Source: Camelus ferus
Lineage: Eukaryota
Length of the DNA: 64,000 nucleotides
Assembly (NCBI RefSeq): GCF_009834535.1
Contig: NC_045717.1
Coordinates: 21,390,001 to 21,454,000, forward strand
Direction: 5' to 3'
A program made the position numbers and the translations under genes. Below the pieces are notes generated by a model that worked only from the letters and a program-made list of their open reading frames with translations, was not told the DNA's origin and did no database searches. How positions within the stretch are numbered: position 1 is the first letter of the stretch; the number at the start of each line of letters is the position of its first letter. Below, in pieces: positions 21,601 to 34,282 of this stretch.

Positions 21601-22743
21601 CGCAGCTGTCGAAAATCCGTCCCTTAACAATAAACATTTCATTTTAACTAAACCATACTTAGAACTTCTGCTTGTGTCCACAGCTGCTAAGAGCGCGGAC
21701 TCTGGAGCCTGTTTCCAATCCCAGCTCTACCCCTTTCCAGCCCTGTCGCTTTGGACATGTTAACCTCTCTGGGTCTCATTTTCCCCATCCATCACGTGGT
21801 CCATAACAAGAGCACCCACCTTATAGGGTTGTGTGAACGTTTCGATCTGAGTTAGTATTTGTCAAGTGCAGCGCCTGGCCCTAAAGTGGGCTAGACCCCC
21901 CTTTCTAAATACTCTTAAGGGCCCTTATAATTAACATCCCTTAACAGATAAACTGGGGATCAGAGAGGGGCAGCCTCTTGCTTGAGGCCACATGATAAGG
22001 AAATTTGGCATCCAGGCTCAGCTGAGGTCTCACACTTTTCTTCAAGCCAGCAGGAGAGGATCTGCAGTTATAATAATTCAGGCTTTGGTAGGGTTCAAAT
22101 CCCAATGACTCCACCTGAAGCCACTTGCTGAACTTCTCTAAGCCCCCATTCCTTCATGGGAACATTAGCTGCCTCCAAGGGCTGCTGTGGATGAACTGAG
22201 ATGACTTGCACCAGTCAGGAAGGGCTGGCATATGCTCAGTAACAAGCAGCCCTACAGCCTCCACAGCAGCCAACCCCCAAGGTTTGCTTCTCACTCACAC
22301 TGCTCATTGCAGTGAAGGGATGATGTGGCAAGTCATGCACTGGCTTGCATACTTCTCTTTGGAAGTGACTCTGCTTATATTTCATTGGCCAAAGCAAGTC
22401 ACATGGCCACCCCCAATGTCAATGGGGTGGGAAATACGCTTGTCCTCCAGGGATCAGAACCAGCTGTTGTCACAGTAATGGGTGGTACATGCAATGGGTA
22501 GCGCCACGCCTGGCACACAGTGGGTGTTCAACAAATGGGCACCGTTATAGGAAGAGTTGAGGGGCGGCAACAGCTAACATTGCAAATCACTGTGCCACAT
22601 GAATCCAGAAGCAGAAGCCCTCAGCTCTACCCTTGCCTGCCCCTCCCCGCTGCTTCCCAGTTGGAACAAAATGACAGCAGTCATTTCCAAAGAAGGATTT
22701 ATTGACATTTGGGGCCCCAGCAGAGACAAAGAGTCAGTGGGTA

Positions 22744-24447
<1,704 letters not shown>

Positions 24448-24947
24448 TTAGCCCCTGTGAGAGGGTCACAGCCAATCTAACACAGTTTCAGAGGTAGAAG
24501 CCCAGGAATAGGGGTGGGGGAGAGGCCCAAGGCAGTCCTACGACATCCCCAGACCCCATCTCTCCAAATGTCAGCCCTCAAGATCTTAAGGCTCTCTGGT
24601 CCCCAACAACCAAGCCACCTCCGAGACCCCCAAATTTCAGCCCCAGCAGCTCAAGATCGGAGCCCTAGGTCTTCAGAGATCACCCCCGCCAATGACTCCC
24701 AAGTATCACCCCGGGGACCCAGTTCTAACAGCAGATAGCCCTCCTCTCGTAACAGGATCCCAGACATCACTTTGAAGATCCCCAAAGCACCCTCCGGAGG
24801 CGCCATCTAATCCTAGGAAACCCCAAATCTCATCGCGAGGACACCGACCCCACCACTGGACCCGGACTTCGACCGTGAGCATTCAAGAGTCCGAGACCAG
24901 AGGCTCCGGGGCCGGATCTCGGGGACCTGGCAAACTGGGCTCAGTAC

Positions 24948-25348
24948 CTCACTCCCGCGCTCCCGGTTGGAACGCGGACCTCCTCGGCCACCTCCCCTCT
25001 TGGAAACAAGAATTCGTCCCGCCTCCCCGCTAAGCTTGAAGCCAATCAGATCGGAGATCTGCAGCCTCCTGTACAGTCCTCTTAGATATCGACTAATCGA
25101 TTAACAAAAACCAGCCTGGAATCCCGCCCCCTCGTTAGGCTTTTATCCAATTACACCGCCGCTCCTAGAGCTGCGGAAGCCAGAAGGCGCCAATGAGGCC
25201 TTAGGCTGCATCTGCGGGGGCGGAGCTAAAACGCCAGCCACACCCCTCTCTGTGACTCTACCTTTGGGCTCCGCGCGTTTTAATGCGATGGTGTCCCCAC
25301 AGGACCAAATTTCACCGTCACAGCTGGGGACTGGCTTCACAGTCCCCG
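24948..25348. promoter_or_regulatory. Bidirectional CpG promoter of TMEM205 and CCDC159
   Basis: CpG-rich. CCAAT boxes at 25042, 25147 and 25190, CGGAAG (ETS) at 25174 and a GC box at ~25125. TMEM205 non-coding exon donors at ~24948/24953 (-); CCDC159 ATG at 25349 (+). Confidence 0.8.
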
Positions 25349-28300
25349 ATGGGAGAGCATGAGCAGGTGGTATGTGGTAGGTGGGGGTGGAAGGGGTCGG
25401 GAGCCTGGCGGGACCAGGATTCAAGGCCCGGGGGGGCGGGGCCCAGACAAATGACCCCCGCCCCCTCCCCCCGAATTCTAACCTGAAGGACTGAGGGAGA
25501 AACAGCTGTTGTGGGAGGGAGGGGGGCTCGACTGGGGACCTGCCTGCAATTGTTACTCAGAAATGCATTTTCCCTTTTCCCCTCCAAGTCCCCCAGGTCC
25601 CAGGTTCTCAGTGTGACATTCAAGGACACACACTGAGCTTCCCACTACCATATCAGGCGCTGGCATGGATTAATTTACTTAATCACAACAACGCAGTAAG
25701 ATGGATAGTATGACATCCCATTTTATAGTTGGGGACATTGAGGCACGGAGAGGTTTAGTAACTCATCTAACATCACACAGCTGAGAAAGGGGCAGAGCTA
25801 GGATTTGAAACCAGGCCATCAAGCTGGAGGGTCTCCTTGCTTAATTATCATGCTGTACTGCCTCTGGAAGTGAGGACATCCCTGAGGAAGTAACTCTTAA
25901 AGGGGTAGCTTAGAACATATCAGGCAGAATGGTAACTCCTACATCACAGGGTGAGTGTGAAGACCCAGCGAGGGCTTAGGGTAGTGCCCAGCACTCAGTA
26001 AGATGCTCAGAAAATACGAACATAAAAAAGAGTTAAGAAAGATTTTACAGAGGAGATGCTGAATAGGGTTTTGAAAGGTGTATAGGAGTCTTTCGGGAGG
26101 ACTTGGCCAGGGGAAAGACACCAGAGGGCCCAGCAAGGACAGAAAAAGAGAAAGGCCTGTAGTGTGGCCTTCTGGCTGAACGTGACTTGTGGCAAGATGC
26201 CCTTCACCTGGAAGTTTTTCCAGACAGACCTGCCCCAGGTTTCTTCAGCTGTGCCAGCCATGACTACACTGGAAGGGCAGGGGGTGTGGTTGTGAGACCT
26301 AGAGCTGAGTTCTTCCCTGTTCCCAGCCTCACCTAGTGCAGGCCTGGGCCCCAGTTCAGCTAACATTTATTGAATAGATACCCTTTGCCTCTCCTGCTCA
26401 TGTTCAATGGCTTCCATTTACCTGGGGAGCCAGTTTGAAACTCGCCTTCTTGGCTTCCCATACATTACTTGAGCTGCCTTTCTAACTTCCTGTTCCTTCC
26501 TCCTGGACCCTGCCTCCAGCCACCCTGAATTTGTCAGCACAGAGAGCATGGTTCCAGGTCTCCAAGCTTTTGCACATGCTGTTTCCTGCCAGGGATGTCC
26601 TTCCTTTAGGGCCCAATGTTGAGAATTTTTTTCTTTTAGGCTCTTCTCAGGCCTCACTTCCTCCTGTGGGGTCTTCTGGGTCCCCCTCTCTGGATCCCTT
26701 CTCACTGCCCAGCCCAACCCCCGGGGCTGGAATCATCTTTCACCCAGATTTGGCTCCTACCATAACTAAGAGGCCCTGTGTTCAAGGCTGAGGCATCTCT
26801 GGGATGTCAGGGAGGGTCTGGGAGTCAGGACCTGGGAGCTGGTCTCAGTGCAGCCCCCTCTATCCCCTCTACTCAAAGCAACCCTCTTCTGGCCGGCCTA
26901 CCCCTGGACCCTGACTGCTCCGTGCCTTGCTACTGCTCACATCCCTCACCCTCCAACGAGTGTTTGCCTGCTAACAAGAAGTGTGACAAGTGCTGGGGTT
27001 CGTTGAGGGGCTGCCCCTGGGGCTGGGGAGCAGGATAGGCTGGAGCACTCTGGGCTGGCTCTCAGGAAATCCTCACTCTTACACCCTCCTCTCAGGCTCT
27101 TCCTCAGACAAGACCTTGGAATATACTTTTCACTGGTCCAGGACCCTAGAACCAGAGACCTTGGAGCCCCCTGCATCTGAGAACACAGCCACAATTGGTG
27201 ACTGGAGGCCAGGGAGGGATCCGGGGCCTCAGTCAAATGGATCTCCCCCACTCCCCTACTCAGAATCACAGGAGCACTGTAATGACCAGGACCTTCCAAA
27301 GAGGCATCACAGCAACGCTAAGGTCATTCTCACCGGGGAAACCCCTTCCTGCCACACTGCAATTTACCCCTGCAGGGCTTAGGGAGGGGGTTGTGGGGGC
27401 AGAGAGTCCACTTCAAGAGCCCTCATACCCTATGTCTTCAGCACCCAGAACAGCGCCCAGTGCTCAGCAGGGCTGCAGCACTGAAAATGTCTTGAATGAA
27501 TGAAACGGATGCATGATTGTGTATCTTAATGGGGTCCTGTCTGTGATTGTCTCTGGGTGTGACTGCCTGTGTGTCTGAGATGGACATGAGTGGGTGCCTT
27601 GGGTCTTAGGATTTCGCATGCATGGTTGAGTCTGAGGCTATGTGTCTGGTTGTGTTTCCATGACTGTGTGTCGTTGTACATCATGTACTACTGGTGCTCC
27701 CTGCAGACATTGTTGATGTTGTTTGCCCTTAAAGAGGAGGGCCGTTACCTGAGCCCAAGCCAGAGACAGGGCTCAGAAGACCCATGCTACCAGAGGCAGC
27801 CCATTGACCTGTCACACAAATGCACTTCTGAGCATGTGCAGGCTGGGGGTGGGGGTGAGTGAGTGGATGGGTACTTGCATGTGCCTGGAGGCAGCTTTGC
27901 CTGCACTCGGAGGTCTGGAACACCCAGAACTCAGCCAACCCAAATCGTGTCTAACTCCCACACGCTGAGTTGGGGTGAGCAGGGAGACAGCCCAGGGATG
28001 AATTTCTACTGCCCTCATGTCCCCCTTCTCTAGAAGTCCTTGGAGACCGGCTCTTCCAAAGCCAAAGGTGAGAACCTTCCCTCCCAACCAGACTGTGGGT
28101 GGAAGCCCTGATATTTTCTACTTCCACCCTCTGCCGCAACCTCAGTGGAAGTCCGCCATTGCTGCCTGCTCATCCCTGCCCCATTGTCAGCTGACTCTTG
28201 CCTCTGACCTTGACCCCTACTCCTGCCTCTACCTCTGCTTCAGCCTCCCCCAGCTCCTTACCTTGTCCTCTGCCTCACCCCTACCCTTAGCTTCTGCTGA

Positions 28301-31238
28301 CTTCCACCCTGACCTTACCCCTGACTCTGCCCCTCCCAGCCCTGGCTGACCCTCACCTCTGCTCACAGTTAAGCCCACCGTGATGATCCCCGACTCCCAG
28401 AAGCTTCTGAGATGTGAACTGGAGTCACTCAAGAGCCAGCTACAGGCCCAGACCAAGGTGAGCCACCTTGAACCACCCCCTCTGGCGATCTTTGCCTCTG
28501 TTTTCCCACCCCCCCAACTCCACTGCACTCCCTGCCCCCCAGACCTGCCTGACCTCTTCCCCTAGGCTTTTGAGTTCCTAAACCACTCAGTGACCTTGTT
28601 GGAGAAGGAGAGCTGCCTGCAGCAAATCAAGATCCAACAGCTTGAAGGTGAGGACGGGCCAAGGGTCAGGGTCAGTCTGGAGGTTGCTGGTCCTGTCAGG
28701 GTCAGGCCAGCGGGAGAGAAGTTGGGTGAGTCTGGGTTCAGGGCTGGGGTCTGGTCAGGGTTAGGGCAATCTGGGTTTAAAACTGGGCTCGGGGTGGGGG
28801 TGGGGCTCAGTTAAGTACCCACCGTCTCTGCAGAGGTGCTGGCCCCCACGAGCCGCCAGACAGACAAGGAGGGGCACAAGTGGGACTTGGAGGAGGGAAG
28901 GCAGGAGCTATATGGGGCCCTGGCTCAAGGTCTGCAAGGGCTACAGAAGAGCCTGCGTGATAGCGAGGAGGTGCAGCGGGCCCGCACCACCCGCTGCCTG
29001 CAGCTGCTGGCCCAGGAGATCCGGGACAGGTGGGTGTTGCCAGGAGGGCAGCCTGGAAGCTGCAGGAGGGAAGAGAGGCCAGGGAGAGGGAACCACAAGC
29101 AGGATGGGAAAGTAGGAGGGGCCAGAGTAAGGGAGACTTGGGGGCCAGGGAAAGCCTGGGGGGACAAGAGGAGGGGATGGAGAGATGGAAGGAAGTGGGA
29201 GTGTGTGGGAGACTTGGAGGCCAGAGGAAGGGAAGACAAGAAGTGGTTGGGAAGGGAGGCCAGGGGATCAGATGCTGGGGTGTAGCATGGAAATTGGGAG
29301 GGGAGGGGATGTTGTGGGGGAAGAAGCTGGGGATGTTGAAGATTGAGGGGCAGAAGCCAGGCAATGGGAGACTGAGGGAGTGGGAGGCTGGAGGTCAGGA
29401 GGAGAAGACAGGAGGCTGGGGATGGCTAGGAGGTGGGGGATAGTAGCCAGGAAGGGAAAGGTGGGTAGGCAGGTTGGGGGAGAGAGCAGAGCCTGGGAGA
29501 TGGTGACTGAACACCTGGAGACATGGGAGATGGAGGAGGCCTTGGGAAGGCAGGTAGGCCAGGAAATGGGAGGCCAGGGGTGGGACAGAGAGTGTAGATC
29601 TAGGCTGCACTGTCCCCTCAGCAAGAAGTTCCTGTGGGAGGAGCTGGAGCTGGTGCGAGAGGAGGTGACCTTCATTTATCAGAAGCTTCGTGAGTGCCCA
29701 AAGCCCATGGCCAAGGGAGGGGGGTCCTTCTGCAATTCCAGCCCTCCTGAGTCCCCTCTCCCCACAGAGGCACAGGAAGAGGAAATCACACAGAACCTGG
29801 TGAACATCCAAAAGATGCAGAAGACACAGGTGAAGTGTCGCAAGGTGAGCAGAGAGGACAGGGACCTTGCATGAGTTGGGGGCATGGGGATCTCTGTCAG
29901 CCTCTACCATCAGACTGGAGCCAGAAGGCCTGGGTTCAAATCTCAGCCTTGCCACTTACTGCTCTGTGACTGTCGGCAATCACTTCCCCTCTCTGGGCCT
30001 CAGTTTCCTCATCTGTACAATAGATATAACAACACAGCCCTACTTGACCCAGTAGTTGCATTAACTGAGTGATAAACACTTTTAAGGCACCCTGGCACGT
30101 AATAAATGCTGTATTACACCTTTCACCATCATCATTGTTATTACTACTGTTTGCCCATTCCCCCCGGCCTCAGGTCCTGACCAAGATGAAACAGCAGGGG
30201 TATGAGACATCCAACTGGCCAGAGACTGAGGAGTTGAAACCAGGAGGCAGTGGCTCCTGGAGGGATGACCTCCAGAAGGAACTGGGTGACATATGGTGAT
30301 GCCCAGCTCCCACTCTAACCTCTGACCCATGACCCTCATTTGTCCTGCCCTTCTCCCAATAGATCAAGAGGCAACAACCAGAATCTGGAACCCACCTAAG
30401 TCTAGATCTCCCTCTTCTCCCAAGACTCATCTCTGCCCCTGCCCCCACCACAGCCCCCCTACCCCAGCCCTGAGCAGTCTAGAGTCTCCCAGGGTCCCCA
30501 GATCCCCATCTCCCCACAGGTCTGCTGTGCACGTGCTACAGAACTCCTTTGATGGCCTCGCCATATCCTCAGGGGGCCGCCCCAAGGCCGCAAGCCTCAG
30601 GGGTGAGGGGGGTTGCACACTGCTCCAGGGTGGGAGGGTCATTCTCCAACTTCACACAGGAAAGTCATGTTCAGAGGCCAAATTTGGGGGTCACATCTGT
30701 TGGGTCTTATTCTGGGGTTGCATTAGTTCCTGGAGGTTTCATCCAGGGGTTTCTCAGGGTCACCATGATCTTTTTTAAGGGTCAGTGGGGTAAAATGCAA
30801 GGGTCATCAAGGCCATACTTTGGTGTTATATCATATTCAAGGGTTATGATCAAAGATCATTAAGTATAATACCAAGGGCACTGGGCCCCTATTCAGAGGT
30901 CGCTCAAGGATCCCGTTCAGGATTCATGCCAGAATTGCACCTGTCCCTCCTGCAGGTTATAAGGGGCACCGATGCCTGAGCCCTCCACTCCCCTCCTGGG
31001 ACTCAGACTCAGACTCAGACCAGGACCCTTCCCAGCCACCGCTCAGCAAGAGCCGCTCCTTCCCACCTGGTGTGGATCCTCCCCTGCCTCACCCCAGCCT
31101 TCCCCTCCTGGCCTGCCCTGGAATCCCACAGTATGGACCCTCCCAGCTCCCAACCTGGGCGTCTGCTCCCTGACCTCCATCCTTGGGGTCCCCTGGACTA
31201 GGCCAGGCTCTGACACACCCTCTCTCTCCACAGTCTGA
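25349..31238 (+). CDS. CCDC159: Coiled-coil domain-containing protein 159, 296 aa
   Basis: Eleven exons: 25349-25369, 28034-28067, 28369-28457, 28566-28647, 28834-29029, 29622-29689, 29768-29844, 30174-30295, 30520-30602, 30956-31069 and 31234-31238, summing to 891 nt. Reads MGEHEQVKSLETGSSK...SRSFPPV*. AATAAA at 31279-31284. Confidence 0.95.
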
Positions 31239-31719
31239 GCAGCTGGGACTGCTCTCCCGAAGACCCCTCCAGAGAGAAAATAAACTAGCTGAGACCCTCC
31301 TCCACCTGTGGACTGTTGCTCCTGCTGTTTCCTGTGCCTGAGAGTGACCCCACCTCAAATTTACTACCCAGTCTTGGGGAGGGTGTGGAGACTTCAGGGG
31401 CTGTGTGGGATGTGTAGGCCTAGGGTCAGGGGACAGTGTGAGGCTGCATTTACAATATGGCAAAGTCAGGGATCAGTCTGTTTAGATATGAGTGGCCAGA
31501 TAGGTGTTCCACACAAGCCACCAGCCTTCCTTTCTGGGGTGTCCTGACTATCTGGCCTACTGTCCCTACTGCCCAAATGGGGGAAATTGAGGCCCAGGGA
31601 GGGAGGGTCGTGGCCCCAGGTCATGCTCTGACACCCTACCCTCCTTTTCCTCTCAGCACTCGCCTGGGTCCTCCCTCTCAACCTCCAATCTCCCTTCCCT
31701 CCTGAATCTATTCTGACAC

Positions 31720-31985
31720 GCCCCGCCCCCAAGAACAACCGAGGCTCCACCCCGGATCACGCTAATGAGACACCTCGAGACCCCGCCCCACGGGTTATGC
31801 AAATGATGTTCCCGGAGGCCCCGCCCCTCGCCCCGCCGCTGAGTCTGCGCGGCGCAGCCGGGCCGGCAGGCAGCATCTCCATCTCTGCGTTGGCCCGCTG
31901 GCCAGCCCTCTGTCTGTCAGTCCGTCCCGCCGCGCCGGGGCCGTCTAGGCGGAGCCGGGGCTCAGGCGGAGGCAGTCTCGACCCG
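31720..31985 (+). promoter_or_regulatory. PLPPR2: PLPPR2 CpG promoter and non-coding exon 1
   Basis: Several CCCCGCCCC boxes, a perfect octamer ATGCAAAT at 31797-31804, a CpG-rich exon and a donor CCG|GTGAGG at 31985/31986. Confidence 0.72.
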
Positions 31986-32194
31986 GTGAGGGGTAAGGGC
32001 TCGGGGTGCCCCCTATACCCCTTCTTGCGGGCTTCCGACCCTCGCGGTCTGTCTGTCTGGCCAGGGTTCGGTTCCTGTGGGTCGGGTCTCCTGTGGGTCC
32101 AGCGCTGGGAGGGGGAGGGGAGGCTGCGAGCTGAGGCTTGGGGACCGGGCTGGGGGAGGGGACCACGGGGAGGGGACCCAGATGAGGCTGGCGG

Positions 32195-33100
32195 TGATTG
32201 TGTGGTTGTCGTTATGTGTCAGAGTGTGGCTGTATGACTGATTGTGCGGCTTCAGGGGTGCCTGTGTGGTTGTGTCTCCTGTGGCTGTCATTGTGCAGCT
32301 GTGTCCGTGGGTATCACTCTGATTGTGTGTGTGTGTGTGTGTGTGTGCTGGCTGTGTGGTTGTGGCCACCTTTGAGTGGCTGTGTGACTGCTATTCCAGT
32401 GATTGTGTGGCTGTCTTGGTTTCTGTATGGTTGTGTGCCTATGACTGTCATTGTGTGACCGCTGTTGTGTGTTCCTTCGGATGGTGTGTGGGGGGCCGTT
32501 ATTGTGTTCCAGTATGTGGCTGTGATCTTGTGCCTTTCTCGTGTGGCTCTGTGTGCAAGTCTGTGCCATGGTCCATGTATGTGCCCTTGTGTGGCCATGT
32601 GGCTGTGGTTGTGGATGGAGCGGTGCTTTCCTATGACTACCAGTGTGGATGAGAGACCATTAATGTGTGTCATTGAGTGCGTTGTAATTGGGGGTGTGAC
32701 ACTGTGACCAGTTCTGTGACGCCCCCATTGTGTGTGGTGACTTTTTTGATCTGGCTCTTAAGTGTGTTGGCAGCCTCGAGTCTATGTTCCTGACGGTGGT
32801 GGAGTGAGGGCTCCAGTGGGGCTGTATGTGGGGCTGTGAGGTGTGTGAAGGACCTCCTGTTGTGACCCAGTGACTCCCAGTGTGTTGGGGGAGATTGTTT
32901 GATCTGTGTGGGTGTTTGTGACAGGCCGTGTGCACACTGTGCTGTGTGTGAGTGTGCAGTTATATGTGTAGTGGGTGTTGGGCACCTGTCTGAATGAGCG
33001 AGCCTGTCTTGTTCACCACAAGGCTGGTAACCAGGGCAGTGCCTGGAACCGAGCAGGCCCTTGATCCTTGTTGGTGGGATGGACAACTGCTCTGCCACGG

Positions 33101-33136
<36 letters not shown>

Positions 33137-33200
33137 GTGTTTGGGATGGAGGCTCTTGGTGAGTTGTGTACTCTGGGGGAGCCAGTGTGTGTGATTGTGT
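32195..33200 (+). repeat. TG-rich low-complexity tract with (TG)n microsatellites in PLPPR2 intron 1
   Basis: Degenerate tgtg/tgattg/tggctg units, with (TG)n runs at ~32325-32347 and ~33103-33135. Confidence 0.85.
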
Positions 33201-34282
33201 CTCTGGGAGGCGGAGGGAGCCATGATCAGGTGGGCATCTCAGGCATCTGGGATCTCTTATGACCCTCACCCCACATGTCACACTGCAGAGCAAGCCACTG
33301 GATGGGGCACTGGACTCAGAGTGCCTACCCTCACCTGCCTGGGCCTCCATTTCCACATCTGTGCAATGGGGGTGACCATCCCTGCCCTGCTGGCCACCAG
33401 GAGCGGCTGTGAGTCTGTGGGTGTGGCAGCAGTGGCCTGTGGGAAGCCATAGGGCCCTTTCACAGGTGAGGTCAGGCTGGGAGAAGGGATCAAGCAGGTG
33501 TGGCTGTGTTGGCCCCTCAGTGCTGGGGACTGAGGTTTGACTAGGGGGAGGGAGAGCACTGAGGGGGAGATAGCCCCCCCCTTGCGATACAGGGAGGCAG
33601 ACAGACTGGGAGGAGGGGGAAGAACGGAGGGAGGGAGAGGCATCTGTGAGAGAAGGAGGGCCTGGCCATCAGCCCAAACCAGTCAGGCACAGCCCATGGG
33701 GACAGGAGAGAGAGGACTCTGTGGGCCATGGGGGAAGGAGCTCAGGGGAGGGGCCTGGTGGAGGTGGGGAACAGGGAGTATGGGTCTCATGTAAAGTATG
33801 TAGGGAAAGAGGATGGGGTCTCCTGAAAACTAGTGAGGCTGAGGACCCTTCTAAATGGTCCCTTCTTTGCTGGGGGGGTTCCCACTAAGCTGGAGAAGTC
33901 TCTGCTAAAGACTGAAGGGAGGGGTCCCACAAGCTAAGGAGGACGTGCCCTCCTAAAAGGTATGGGGGTGTGACCCTCCTATGTAGGCTGTGGGGGGAGA
34001 AGACCACGATACAACCTGTGGGGTCCCCAGCAGAGGCTGAGCTGAGCAGGTCATGTCAGGGGAGACCCATGCCTCCAATGAGCATGGGTGAGGGCAAGAC
34101 CTGGATTGCAGGGGCGTGGCCAGAAGCCTCAGGGGGCGGAGCCAGGCTCCTCAGCTGTAGCTCCAGGGATGGGGGCTAGGGTGTGGCCAGAGGACTCCCT
34201 GAGCAAGGGACAGTGAGCCTCCCCCGAGGCCCTGCCCTGGCGGCCCCACTCCCTTCCCATCTCCACAGGCCCAGCCTTCACC

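Noticed and set aside
32013-33356. Stack of Cys/Val-rich and His/Thr-rich ORFs on both strands
   Set aside because: Artefact of the TG/CA low-complexity tract, which lacks stop codons.
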